From Candidatus Spongiihabitans thiooxidans (lineage in GTDB: Bacteria > Pseudomonadota > Gammaproteobacteria > Arenicellales > Poriferihabitantaceae): DNA of 64,000 bases. This document shows, piece by piece, positions 17,734 to 27,500 of this stretch. Where the stretch lies: NCBI GenBank assembly GCA_001543005.1, contig LFLB01000022.1, positions 243,956 through 307,955 of the forward strand, written 5' to 3'. Position 1 is the stretch's first letter. Each line of letters opens with the position of its first letter. The position numbers and the translations under genes are program-made. Under the pieces are notes generated by a model. The model saw only the letters and a list, made by a program, of their open reading frames with translations. It was not told where the DNA came from and made no database searches.

Positions 17734-17759
17734 CAAGTTATTAAGGCAAGTTATTAAGG
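17734..17759. repeat. 13-bp x 2 perfect tandem duplication just upstream of gor
   Basis: caagttattaagg caagttattaagg, ending 8 nt before the gor ATG. Confidence 0.95.
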
Positions 17760-17767
17760 TGCGGTCA

Positions 17768-19117
17768 ATGTCTGAGAAGTTTGATTTTATCGTTATTGGC
17801 GGCGGAAGCGGGGGTATCGCATCTGCTCGGCGCGCGGCGCAATATGGTGCGAAAGTCTTGGTAATCGAATCCGGCCCTCTGGGGGGAACTTGCGTTAATG
17901 TGGGTTGTGTGCCGAAGAAAGTAATGTGGACAACCTCCCAAATAAATGAAACTCTGGATTTAGCGAAAGATTACGGCTTTCGCATTGAGCGACTGGGGTT
18001 TGACTGGTCGACGATCAAGCAATCAAGGGACGCTTACGTGTCCAGATTAAATGGTATTTATGGCCGTAATCTTGATGACTCCGGGGTCGCGCTGGTTCGT
18101 GGAAAAGCCAAATTTAGCGCTAGCCATCGCATTGCGGTGAATGGCACTGAATTCTATGCAGACCATATCCTTATCGCCACCGGGGGAGCGCCCAGCGTGC
18201 CAAATATGCCTGGCGCCGAACTCGGCATTACCAGCGACGGTTTCTTTAATCTGACACATCAGCCGAAAAAAATTCTGGTCATTGGCGCCGGTTACATCGC
18301 CACCGAATTGGCCGGCTTGATGCATGGGCTGGGCAGCGAAGTTTCCATGCTATTACGCAAGGACAAACTGCTCAGGACCTTTGATCGCGATGTGCATGAG
18401 ATGGTGATGACGCAAATGCAGCAAAGCGGTATTGAGATAATGACCAAAGTAACATTGCAATCGCTGGTAAAAGGAAACGATTCTCTGGGCTATCGTGATA
18501 ATGAAGGCAATGGCAAGGATGGATTTGATTGCATCATTTGGGCAATCGGACGGCATACTAACATTGCCAGTCTAAATCTGGAAGTCGCCGGCGTTGAAGT
18601 GGATGCGCGAGGGGACATACAGACCGATGAGTTTCAAAACAGCTCGGCGAAGGGGATCTATGCGGTGGGCGATGTCACTCACAGAGCCCAACTTACCCCG
18701 GTTGCCATCGCCGCCGGTCGAAAACTTGCAAACCGATTATTCGATAATCAGGCTGATGCAAGACTCGACTACGAGAATATCCCGACGGTTATTTTCTCCC
18801 ATCCGCCGGTCGGCAGCGTAGGTTTGTCGGAAGCCGACGCGCGCGCAAAATATGGTGATGATGAAATTAAAATATACAAGAATTTTTTCATCGACATGCA
18901 CTACGCCATAACCGAACACAAACCGCGCACACTGGTAAAACTCGTCGTCCACGGCGCGGACCAGCGCGTGGTCGGCTGTCATGTTGTCGGTCGCGGCGCC
19001 GATGAAATGATACAGGGCTTTGCCGTAGCGGTTAAAATGGGCGCAACCAAACAGGACTTTGACAATACGGTGGCGATTCATCCGACTGCCGCCGAAGAGT
19101 TGGTGACGTTAAGGTAA
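17768..19117 (+). CDS. gor: Glutathione-disulfide reductase
   Basis: The track ORF starts at 17618 inside the array flank. The real start is probably the ATG at 17768: [51 protein letters not shown] (FAD fold plus the redox-active CVNVGC). Confidence 0.9.
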   Translation: MSEKFDFIVIGGGSGGIASARRAAQYGAKVLVIESGPLGGTCVNVGCVPKKVMWTTSQINETLDLAKDYGFRIERLGFDWSTIKQSRDAYVSRLNGIYGRNLDDSGVALVRGKAKFSASHRIAVNGTEFYADHILIATGGAPSVPNMPGAELGITSDGFFNLTHQPKKILVIGAGYIATELAGLMHGLGSEVSMLLRKDKLLRTFDRDVHEMVMTQMQQSGIEIMTKVTLQSLVKGNDSLGYRDNEGNGKDGFDCIIWAIGRHTNIASLNLEVAGVEVDARGDIQTDEFQNSSAKGIYAVGDVTHRAQLTPVAIAAGRKLANRLFDNQADARLDYENIPTVIFSHPPVGSVGLSEADARAKYGDDEIKIYKNFFIDMHYAITEHKPRTLVKLVVHGADQRVVGCHVVGRGADEMIQGFAVAVKMGATKQDFDNTVAIHPTAAEELVTLR

Positions 19118-19220
19118 TTGAAGGCGATGCCGGGTTGATGGTTGGCGGTTTCGTTTGTTATATTTTAAGGATAATTTTCGGTGCCGGGCATTTGCCTTGC
19201 AACAGCTTTTTGAAGGCACG

Positions 19221-21101
19221 CTATGCCGCTCTTTTCGTTTTTTTAAGGTGTACCAATAGTAGCGATATGGCAGCCGGCGTTACCCCTGGAATTCGGGCTG
19301 CTTGTCCAATTGTTTGCGGTCGGGTAGCACTCAGTTTTTGTTGCGCTTCGGCGGACAGTCCGCGCGCATTTGCATAGTCGATATCGTCCGGGATCGCCAG
19401 GTTATCGCTGTTCTTCTGGCGTTCGATTTCCGCAACCTGACGTTCGATGTAGCCGCTGTATCTGGCTTGTATTTCGAGTTGTCGAATACTTTGTTGGTCT
19501 TGCAGCGGCGCATCGAGTTGGGCTAACTCAACCAGGTCTTGATAATTCACTTCTGGTCGTCGTAACAAATCCATCAAATTGGCCTCCCTTTGCAAGGGTT
19601 GACCCAGTATTTTTTCAATCGTCGCCGCATCTGTTTTATCCGGGTGAACCCAGGTTTTTTCCAATCGGGTTTTTTCTTTATCGATGTTGTCGCGTTTTTT
19701 GTTGAATGTCGAAATTCGCCGGTCATCCACAAGTCCAAGTTCATGGCCTTTGTCGGTCAACCTTAAATCTGCATTATCTTCTCGAAGCTGCAACCGATAT
19801 TCGGCGCGGGATGTGAACATCCTGTAAGGTTCCGCTGCGCCTCGGGTAATCAGGTCATCAATCATGACACCGATATAAGCCTCGTTTCTAGCCGGGCACC
19901 ATGGTTGGCGTTGCTTGATTTTCAAAGCCGCATTCAATCCGGCGATTAACCCCTGCCCGGCGGCTTCCTCATAGCCGGTAGTGCCATTTATTTGCCCTGC
20001 GAAAAACAACCCGTGGATACATTTGGTCTCCAATGAGATTTTTAATCCTCGTGGGTCAAAAAAGTCATACTCAATGGCATAGCCTGGTCGGGTTACCATT
20101 GCATTTTCGAATCCCTTTATAGATCGTACGAAATCAAGCTGAACATCAAACGGCAAGCTGGTTGAAATGCCATTGGGATAAACTTCGGTGGTGTTCAGTC
20201 CCTCGGGCTCGATAAAAATTTGATGGCTGTTTTGATCGGCAAATCGCACCACCTTGTCTTCGATTGAGGGACAATAACGCGGGCCCACGCCTTCGATGGC
20301 ACCGCCATAGAGCGGTGAACGATCCAGGGCGTTGATTATAATGTCATGGGTTTTGGTATTGGTGTGAGTGATATGACAGGAAACCTGGCGAGGGTGTTGA
20401 GAAACATCCCCAAGAAATGAAAATACCGGAACCGGATCGTCACCAGGCTGTTTATCCAGACAAGTATAGTCGATTGTTTTGCCATCTATACGAGGAGGTG
20501 TTCCGGTTTTAAGACGACCAACATTCAGGGGTAACTCTCGCAAGCGATCGGCCAATGCTAACGAAGGCGGATCACCAACCCGGCCGCCTTTTGAATTTTC
20601 CATCCCAACATGAATTTTTCCATTTAGAAAAGTCCCGGTAGTCAAGACCACGGTGGGCGATTCAAATTCAATGCCCAGTTGAGTTCGCACGCCTTTTATC
20701 TGCGCCCCTTCTACGATCAAATCATCCACCGATTGTTGAAACACGGTTAAGTTTTGCTGATGTTCCACGGCCCTGCGAATGGCCATTTTATATAACGCCC
20801 GGTCTGCCTGCGCCCGAGTGGCCTGAACCGCTGGCCCCTTGCGGGAATTTAATATTCTGAAGTGGATGCCGGCCTCATCAATTGCGCTGGCCATGACGCC
20901 GCCCAGAGCATCAATTTCCTTGACGATATGGCCCTTGCCGATTCCACCGATGGCCGGGTTACAGGACATTTGCCCTATGGTTTCAATATTATGGGTAACC
21001 AATAAAGTATTGCACCGCATCCGCGCCGAGGCCAGCGCGGCTTCTACACCGGCGTGACCGCCGCCGATGACAATGACCTCAAAAGATTCCGGGTATTTCA
21101 T
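19221..21101 (-). CDS. mnmG: tRNA uridine 5-carboxymethylaminomethyl modification enzyme MnmG (GidA)
   Basis: 626 aa: [22 protein letters not shown]...[14 protein letters not shown], the typical MnmG sequence. Confidence 0.95.
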   Translation of the reverse strand: MKYPESFEVIVIGGGHAGVEAALASARMRCNTLLVTHNIETIGQMSCNPAIGGIGKGHIVKEIDALGGVMASAIDEAGIHFRILNSRKGPAVQATRAQADRALYKMAIRRAVEHQQNLTVFQQSVDDLIVEGAQIKGVRTQLGIEFESPTVVLTTGTFLNGKIHVGMENSKGGRVGDPPSLALADRLRELPLNVGRLKTGTPPRIDGKTIDYTCLDKQPGDDPVPVFSFLGDVSQHPRQVSCHITHTNTKTHDIIINALDRSPLYGGAIEGVGPRYCPSIEDKVVRFADQNSHQIFIEPEGLNTTEVYPNGISTSLPFDVQLDFVRSIKGFENAMVTRPGYAIEYDFFDPRGLKISLETKCIHGLFFAGQINGTTGYEEAAGQGLIAGLNAALKIKQRQPWCPARNEAYIGVMIDDLITRGAAEPYRMFTSRAEYRLQLREDNADLRLTDKGHELGLVDDRRISTFNKKRDNIDKEKTRLEKTWVHPDKTDAATIEKILGQPLQREANLMDLLRRPEVNYQDLVELAQLDAPLQDQQSIRQLEIQARYSGYIERQVAEIERQKNSDNLAIPDDIDYANARGLSAEAQQKLSATRPQTIGQAARIPGVTPAAISLLLVHLKKTKRAA

Positions 21102-21143
21102 GAAAAAACGCGGGGCTAAATAATCGTGTTTCGTTGCGGTCGG

Positions 21144-22202
21144 CTATTGAAAATAATAGTCGTATTTCCGATGAATTTCATCCATGAGATTCGAGGCTTG
21201 GCCATACGATAGTCCGCTGTTTTCCGGAATCACGATGCTGACATAAAATGTCTCGCCGAATTTTTTTTTCAACGTTTGCAATATCTGGTGCATTTGCTGC
21301 TCCTCGACGATTTTTCGTTCCGACTGGCCCGGCTGTTTTATTTTATATTGCACGCCGGCAGCGGATTTTTGTATCCATATTTTTGCAACTTGTTTCCCCG
21401 CAGTGTTTCTTGCCGGCCTGATTAAGTCGTGAAATTTGGCTTCCAGGGATTGGTACTCGTCTTGCAGCGACTTGAATTGCCGCACCGAAGTCGCCGCTTG
21501 TGTTTGCAACGCTACATTCTCGACCTTGCGCCGCTTAATCAACTCGGTAAGTGCCAATATTTCCTCGTTGGCTATGCCATATTTTTGTTCAATATTTTCG
21601 CTCAAGGTTCTCAATTCTGTCATTGCCTGAGTTAACGTTTCTTTTTGAGACCGGGTTTGTTGTAGTTCAAGTTCAGACTGTTGTCGTTGAGTCTCGGACT
21701 GTACAAGTTCAGACCGGGATTGCTGAAGATATAGTTTGACTTCAGCAAGCTGGGCGGAAACCGTATCAAGTTTTTCACTCAGCGATTGATTGGCGCTGGT
21801 CAGGCTGGAAATCTGTTCACTGGATTCCAGTTTCAGCGTTGAAAATTGTTCACTCAAATTTTCGATTTGTAGGCTCAATGCCTGCTCACTTTTAACCAAT
21901 GTGCTGATTTCCAACCGTGCGGATTCTTGCTGTTGCTCAAGCAACGTGTTGGCTTGTTCAAATTGTATTGAACGCTTAGCTAAATCTTGATTTGCCAATA
22001 AGGTCGCGTCCTTTGCGGTAATGGTGGATAACAACTCTCGGTCCAGGTCAAAATTGCGTACCATAATAACCACTAACGCCATTAAGAAAATCATCACGAT
22101 CACGGTCATAATGTCGGTAAAAGACGGCCATATGCTGTCGTCACTGATGCCTCTGGCACCGTGATCTATTCGAAGATCAATAAAACCTTGAGTTTCTGAC
22201 AC
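21144..22202 (-). CDS. ExbD/TolR/MotB-like single-pass membrane protein with a long (~200 aa) coiled-coil insert
   Basis: The N-terminal TM has an Asp at its cytoplasmic edge (SIWPSFTDIMTVIVMIFLMALVVIMV), as in ExbD/TolR/MotB plug subunits. Residues ~60-260 are heptad-like and Q/E/L/S-rich. The C-terminus FYVSIVIPENSGLSYGQASNLMDEI resembles the ExbD periplasmic domain. It lies 17 nt downstream of the MotA/ExbB-like gene. Confidence 0.55.
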   Translation of the reverse strand: MSETQGFIDLRIDHGARGISDDSIWPSFTDIMTVIVMIFLMALVVIMVRNFDLDRELLSTITAKDATLLANQDLAKRSIQFEQANTLLEQQQESARLEISTLVKSEQALSLQIENLSEQFSTLKLESSEQISSLTSANQSLSEKLDTVSAQLAEVKLYLQQSRSELVQSETQRQQSELELQQTRSQKETLTQAMTELRTLSENIEQKYGIANEEILALTELIKRRKVENVALQTQAATSVRQFKSLQDEYQSLEAKFHDLIRPARNTAGKQVAKIWIQKSAAGVQYKIKQPGQSERKIVEEQQMHQILQTLKKKFGETFYVSIVIPENSGLSYGQASNLMDEIHRKYDYYFQ

Positions 22203-22219
22203 CAGGCTAATTATCCGGG

Positions 22220-23194
22220 TTAATCGTCATCGGAGCGCAATCGAAAACCGCGTTGCAGGATGGTTATCACTTCTTTCATGCTCTCATAATTTTGGTTGGC
22301 GGCTTGTTGTTGTCGTTCTGCAATTTCACGAATCAGTGCCATCAGCTCCTGGTTTTCGTTAGCGCTCTCATCCAGGTGCGGTAGTACCCCCTTATCCACA
22401 TAATCTCTGACCAAGGGGTCCTGGCTGAACTGTAGATGTGGCATTAATGTTGTGGCAGTAACTTCTTCAATTTTGCTGATCAAAAAAGTCTGGGTATCGG
22501 TCAACTTGATATAAAAATAACCGAAGAACAAGTAGGCAATAATCGCAGTCATTGTTGTTGAAAGTGCTGTTGACATACCGTAAATCATGGTACTCAACCC
22601 GGAAACCTGGGCAGCTTCTCGACTACCTAGCAAGCTCCCCGCCTGGCCACCGCTTTGTAGAATATCGGAAGCGCCCAACAATGAAATTGAAAGCGAAATA
22701 ATGGTCCCGAATACCCCGGTAAGAATTAAAATATTATGGACAAATTTCAAGAAACTATTTCGACTTGATTCAGCAGCAATCAAAGTCGCGGCCAGGGCGT
22801 TTTGATTAATATTAGCTCGGCGTTGATTCAGCGATTTAATGGTCAGGAATCGTTGCGCCATCATATATTCCTGCCGTATCCCACTCAGAGGCTCCGCATT
22901 ATTTTTTACATTAGTTTTGAAACGATTGATGGCTTGCTCTTGATTACGATACTCGAAAAACCGCTTGATCAGTTCGGCCAAACCACAGATAAATAGCAAT
23001 ACTATGCCGCCATTGATTGCCCATCCGACGGTATTTACCTGATTAGCAATATAGATCTGATAGATGATATGACGTTGCCAGACAATCACCACTGCGAGCA
23101 ATGAAAATACTATCATCATTTGCAGAAGGATATTTCGAGTGTAGTTATACATTGGATTTTTTGTAGTCATTTTAATTTTCAAAGTAACGGACAA
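22220..23194 (-). CDS. MotA/TolQ/ExbB-family proton-channel-like membrane protein
   Basis: 324 aa with N-terminal TM helices, a cytoplasmic loop, then LILTGVFGTIISLSISLLG and GLSTMIYGMSTALSTTMTAIIAYLFFGYF. These resemble the conserved C-terminal TM pair of MotA/ExbB. Fold-level call only. Confidence 0.55.
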   Translation of the reverse strand: MSVTLKIKMTTKNPMYNYTRNILLQMMIVFSLLAVVIVWQRHIIYQIYIANQVNTVGWAINGGIVLLFICGLAELIKRFFEYRNQEQAINRFKTNVKNNAEPLSGIRQEYMMAQRFLTIKSLNQRRANINQNALAATLIAAESSRNSFLKFVHNILILTGVFGTIISLSISLLGASDILQSGGQAGSLLGSREAAQVSGLSTMIYGMSTALSTTMTAIIAYLFFGYFYIKLTDTQTFLISKIEEVTATTLMPHLQFSQDPLVRDYVDKGVLPHLDESANENQELMALIREIAERQQQAANQNYESMKEVITILQRGFRLRSDDD

Positions 23195-23273
23195 AGAACG
23201 AATCTATACCGACCGATATTATCAGTATCTTGTGAATTTATATAGATTAGTTTGTATGGTTGGCCCGACTGCG

Positions 23274-24704
23274 TTATTTGCCAATGCAAAATGAGCTGAA
23301 AATCATGCCCAGCAAATCATCGCTGGTGACTTCTCCGGTAATTTCTCCCAATGCTTTTTGACAAGCGCTCAAGTCATCCGCCAGTAACTCGCCTGCACGG
23401 TAGTTGGATTGCTGTACCAATCCATTGTGCAAATAGTCTTCGGCGCGCTGCAATGCATCGACATGTCGCGCCCTTGCAAGGAACTGGCTATCGTCGGTCT
23501 GGCGAAAACCGGCAATTAGTTTTATTTTTTCTTTTAATACCAACAAACCTTCACCAGTAAGCGCTGAGATATAAATTTCATTTTCCAGGGCCACATTTTC
23601 TGATGACTGTGCCATTCGTTGGGTTAAATCAATTTTATTCCTAACCAGAAGGACTGGAACTGATTGGTGCTGTCCTCCTAATAGCGTTTCCAGTAATGAC
23701 GCGGCCTGAACATCATCGGTATTGGTGTCATCGACCACCAATATAATCAAATCAGCTTGTTGCTGGGCCTGCAACGCGCGGCGCACGCCCTCGGCCTCGA
23801 TTTCATTGGTGGTTTCGCGGATGCCCGCAGTATCGATAACCGCTATCGGCAACCCGTCGATCTCGATTATTTGATCGAGTACATCGCGTGTGGTTCCGGG
23901 GATAGTGCTGACGATAGCCCGGTCTTGATTGGAAAGTGCATTTAACAAACTGGATTTCCCGGCGTTAGGCAAGCCGGTTAAAACAACTTTGAGGCCATCG
24001 CGCAGAAGCCTGCCCTGCTTCACCAATCCCCTCAGAGACTTGAACAGCAAACTTAAATTTTCAAGCTGTTCCACCACTTTACCGTCTGCCAAAAAATCAA
24101 TCTCTTCGTCGGGGAAATCGAGTGCTGCTTCGACGAAAATCCTGAGCTGGGTGATAGCCGCGGCCAATTCATTAACTTTTTCGGAAAAACCGCCTTGCAA
24201 TGACTTCAGCGCAGAACGCGCAGCCGACTCCGTGCTACTTTCAATTAAATCGGCCACCGCTTCGGCCTGAGTCAGGTCAAGGCGGCCATTTAAAAATGCG
24301 CGTTCGCTAAACTCGCCCGGACGAGCCAATCTGGCGCCCAGTTGCAAACATCGCCTTACCAGCATTTGCATAACAACTGGACTGCCATGCCCTTGCAGTT
24401 CCAGCACATTTTCGCCGGTATAGCTGTTGGGCGCCGCAAAGAAAAGTGCGATACCGCTGTCGATAGCCGAATTGTCGCTATCCATGAAGTCGGCATAAGT
24501 AGCGAAACGAGGTTTTGGACATTGACCAACCAGATTCCTGGCCATCGCAGGTACGCCGCTGCCCGATAGCCGAACGATGCTTATCCCGCCCTTGCCCGGT
24601 GGCGTCGCAACAGCAACGATATTATCGGAACTGTGTAATACCTCAGATTCTGATTCGCGATCAGTTGCTCTGGTATTTTTTGGAGATGTAGTATTGCTGT
24701 GCAA
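23274..24704 (-). CDS. mnmE: tRNA modification GTPase MnmE (TrmE)
   Basis: DNIVAVATPPGKGGISIVRLSG, G1 GLPNAGKSSLLNAL, and the C-terminal FCIGK motif. The start overlaps the yidC end by 44 nt if the ATG at 24704 is used. Confidence 0.92.
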   Translation of the reverse strand: MHSNTTSPKNTRATDRESESEVLHSSDNIVAVATPPGKGGISIVRLSGSGVPAMARNLVGQCPKPRFATYADFMDSDNSAIDSGIALFFAAPNSYTGENVLELQGHGSPVVMQMLVRRCLQLGARLARPGEFSERAFLNGRLDLTQAEAVADLIESSTESAARSALKSLQGGFSEKVNELAAAITQLRIFVEAALDFPDEEIDFLADGKVVEQLENLSLLFKSLRGLVKQGRLLRDGLKVVLTGLPNAGKSSLLNALSNQDRAIVSTIPGTTRDVLDQIIEIDGLPIAVIDTAGIRETTNEIEAEGVRRALQAQQQADLIILVVDDTNTDDVQAASLLETLLGGQHQSVPVLLVRNKIDLTQRMAQSSENVALENEIYISALTGEGLLVLKEKIKLIAGFRQTDDSQFLARARHVDALQRAEDYLHNGLVQQSNYRAGELLADDLSACQKALGEITGEVTSDDLLGMIFSSFCIGK

Positions 24705-26349
24705 TGGAAAGCAGGTTATTCACAACCCAGTACAGAACCAGCCCGGCGGGAAACCACAAGAAGAAAATAGTGAATACAAATGGCAATGCCATCATAATTT
24801 TCTTCTGAATCGGATCAACCGGCGCCGGGTTCAGAAAATGTTGCGCAATCATTGATGCGCCCATAATAATTGGTAGTACGAAATAGGGGTCGGGCACTGA
24901 CAGGTCATTCAGCCAAAACATGAAGTCGGCTTGCCGCAATTCCACGCTTTCCAACAACACCCAATACAGCGAGATAAAAACCGGAATCTGAACCAGAACT
25001 GGCAAACATCCGCCAGCAGGATTCACTTTTTCAGATTTATACAGCTTCATCATTTCCTGCTGGAATTTTGCTTTATCGTCGGTATAACGTTCTTTCAAAG
25101 TCGCCATTCGCGGTTGCAGCTTTTTCATCTTCGCCATGGACTTATAACTAGCGGCGGATAGCGGATAAAATATCGCCTTGACCAAAACAGTGAGCAGAAT
25201 AATCGACCAACCCCAGTTTTTCACCAGGCCATGAATTTTAGTCAGCAGCCAAAACAGCGGACTCGCAATAGGTGTTAGCCAACCATAGTCGACCGTCAAT
25301 TTCAGCGCTTTCGCATTTTGTTCATCCAGACGGGCCTGCTCCTTGGGGCCGACGAATAGCACGGTATTGACTGCGCCTGTGCCCCATGCTGGAATGGTGA
25401 CTGGCTGGGTTGTTTTATAACCAATGCGAAATTGCGGCTTGGCGGTATTGTCGCTAACACCGGAATAGAATTGGTAATTCTCTGAGCCGATAGGCAACCA
25501 GGCGGCAACGAAATAGTGTTGCAACATGGCAACCCAACCCTCCGGGGTAGTCACATTCAGGACACCTTCGCGTATTTCGTCATAGTCAATTTTTTCGTAC
25601 TTCTCTTGTTCAGTGTAAATTGCGGCACCATTGTAACTCGGTAATCGGCCCAGAAAACCCAATGAGCCTTCCTGCACAATCTCAGTTTGCTTTAATTGCC
25701 CGTACGCAAACCCCACCCACGGTTGATCGCTATTGTTGGTGATTCTAAAATCCACCTCGATACGGTAGCTGTCACGCTTAAAGTTAAATATTTTTTCGTA
25801 GACAACGCCGTCCGCCGCAGTCCAGCTTAATTTCACATCAATCCCAGATTTCTCGTTGGCGGCATCGCCGAGTTGATACTCAAACTGAGTCGCAGAAAAC
25901 AAGACATTGTGGTTTGGATATTCGCGGTCATTTCCGATCAATCCACTTTGTGCAACGAACAAATCCGGGTCATCCCGGTGCATTAAGACAAACGGTTCAT
26001 CGGGTGTACTAACACTGACCGGATGCTTGAGTAATTCCACCCTGATCAGATCCCCGCCCTGGGTATCTATCTGGGCATTGATCAAATCTGTAGTGACATT
26101 AATGATTCTTCCACGACTCGACACTTCTGCAACGACCGACTCGACCACATCGGTATTATCCTGAGCGGCTGCCACTTCCGGGGCGTCTGGCACATCTTCG
26201 CTAAGATTGGCGTTCGTTCCATTTCTGGCAACCGGGCTATCGATACCTGGATTTACCTGTCGTTCACTTTGGAACTCTACCCAGGATTGCCAGATTACCA
26301 CCAGCACTAAACCCAGTGCAGCAAATAGCATCATTCGTTGAAATTGCAT
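24661..26349 (-). CDS. yidC: Membrane protein insertase YidC
   Basis: 562 aa with a large periplasmic domain followed by a conserved C-terminal 5-TM core (GWSIILLTVLVKAIFYPLS...NPAGGCLPVLVQIPVFISLY). Confidence 0.95.
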   Translation of the reverse strand: MQFQRMMLFAALGLVLVVIWQSWVEFQSERQVNPGIDSPVARNGTNANLSEDVPDAPEVAAAQDNTDVVESVVAEVSSRGRIINVTTDLINAQIDTQGGDLIRVELLKHPVSVSTPDEPFVLMHRDDPDLFVAQSGLIGNDREYPNHNVLFSATQFEYQLGDAANEKSGIDVKLSWTAADGVVYEKIFNFKRDSYRIEVDFRITNNSDQPWVGFAYGQLKQTEIVQEGSLGFLGRLPSYNGAAIYTEQEKYEKIDYDEIREGVLNVTTPEGWVAMLQHYFVAAWLPIGSENYQFYSGVSDNTAKPQFRIGYKTTQPVTIPAWGTGAVNTVLFVGPKEQARLDEQNAKALKLTVDYGWLTPIASPLFWLLTKIHGLVKNWGWSIILLTVLVKAIFYPLSAASYKSMAKMKKLQPRMATLKERYTDDKAKFQQEMMKLYKSEKVNPAGGCLPVLVQIPVFISLYWVLLESVELRQADFMFWLNDLSVPDPYFVLPIIMGASMIAQHFLNPAPVDPIQKKIMMALPFVFTIFFLWFPAGLVLYWVVNNLLSIAQQYYISKKYQSN

Positions 26350-26384
26350 TAATTTATTTTTGTTATGGGTTTTGTTGAAGTTGC

Positions 26385-26410
26385 CAGTTGAATTTACCAG
26401 TTGAATTTAC
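26385..26410. repeat. 13-bp x 2 perfect tandem duplication upstream of yidC
   Basis: cagttgaatttac cagttgaatttac (followed by cag). Confidence 0.95.
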
Positions 26411-26468
26411 CAGACGTGCATTATCGCAAAAAACGGCCTGTTGCTTTTTGGTTTATTGCTCTTTTTGT

Positions 26469-26687
26469 CTATTCAGGGTTCGGAACCGGGTCATAGCCAC
26501 CTTCATTCCAGGGGTGACAACGACCGATTCGTTTGATCGCCAACCAGCCACCTCGTATCGAACCGTGTTTTTCAATTGCCTCCACGGCGTAGCTTGAACA
26601 TCCAGGGTAGAAGCGGCAGTTCCGCCCAATGAAAGGGCTAATGATAACCTTATAGATTTTAATGATAGCAATCAGTAATTTTCGCAT
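26469..26687 (-). CDS. yidD: Membrane protein insertion efficiency factor YidD
   Basis: 72 aa: [34 protein letters not shown]...RIGRCHPW. Confidence 0.92.
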   Translation of the reverse strand: MRKLLIAIIKIYKVIISPFIGRNCRFYPGCSSYAVEAIEKHGSIRGGWLAIKRIGRCHPWNEGGYDPVPNPE

Positions 26688-27061
26688 TTTTCACTTGCTC
26701 TGTGCCACAACGTATCCAACTCCACCCGAAGCAGTTGATTGGCCTGTTCTGCACACCCCGCCTTGGTCACCACAACCAAATCGATTGCGGGCAGCTCGAC
26801 CAGATGCAACCGGAAAGATTCCCTGATTTGTCGTTTAATCCGATTACGTTGTACCGCTTTTTTACTCACTCGCCTGGATACGGTCAGCCCCATCCTCGGA
26901 TAATCAAACGTATTTCTGGCGACATGAATATTAAAATATTTTCCGTAGATCGATTTTCGGTGATTGAAAACCGCGCTGAACTGGGCGCTATTCAGAAGTC
27001 TGCACTGGCGTCCAAGACCCGTCGCCGTTTGCGGCCTGCCGCCACTTGCGACCTCAGTCAA
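26672..27061 (-). CDS. rnpA: Ribonuclease P protein component
   Basis: 129 aa: [27 protein letters not shown] (RNR motif). It lies between rpmH and yidD. Confidence 0.92.
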   Translation of the reverse strand: MTEVASGGRPQTATGLGRQCRLLNSAQFSAVFNHRKSIYGKYFNIHVARNTFDYPRMGLTVSRRVSKKAVQRNRIKRQIRESFRLHLVELPAIDLVVVTKAGCAEQANQLLRVELDTLWHRASEKCENY

Positions 27062-27067
27062 CCTGGC

Positions 27068-27202
27068 TTATGCACTCAATCGAGTGCGTCCCTTAGCACG
27101 ACGGGCATTGATGATCGCGCGTCCACCGCGGGTACGCATACGCTCACGAAAACCGTGGGTTCTTTTGCGTTTGATTTCACTTGGTTGGAATGTACGTTTC
27201 AT
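27068..27202 (-). CDS. rpmH: 50S ribosomal protein L34
   Basis: Below the track length cut-off. Hand translation gives [44 protein letters not shown] (44 aa). Confidence 0.97.
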   Translation of the reverse strand: MKRTFQPSEIKRKRTHGFRERMRTRGGRAIINARRAKGRTRLSA

Positions 27203-27500
27203 GGCATTAATTCGAAGACCGTAAAGGGCAACGGAATCTAACCCCTTTGGCGAGAAAATTCAAGCAATATATCAGTCCGCCAGATATGCGCTCGGGTTGA
27301 TTTTATTCAATTTATAATACGATGGCACTGCCATTCGACACCAAAGGGCTTAGCCGTAAAACATCCGTTCAGGTTATTATCGAAAACCAGCCAAAGCGCA
27401 ATGCGGTAGACCTATACAGAGCGGGGCGTTTATATCTTCTATACTCCCCACGATGTCAGTGCCCGCCTCGCATCGCCAGAGAAGGCAGCATTTCGCCTTT

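Noticed and set aside
17618-17767. The 50-aa N-terminal extension of the gor ORF given in the track
   Set aside because: The canonical glutathione reductase N-terminus ([16 protein letters not shown]) starts at 17768. The upstream part lies in the array flank and has no Rossmann or other motif.
21144-23194. Zorya anti-phage system
   Set aside because: MotA/MotB-like pairs suggested Zorya. However, ZorA carries the long tail itself and is about 700 aa, ZorB has a peptidoglycan-binding domain, and ZorC/D or ZorE are required. None of that is present here.
27203-27500. oriC or a DnaA-box cluster upstream of rpmH
   Set aside because: No TTATCCACA-like boxes or AT-rich 13-mer arrays are visible, and dnaA is not in the window.
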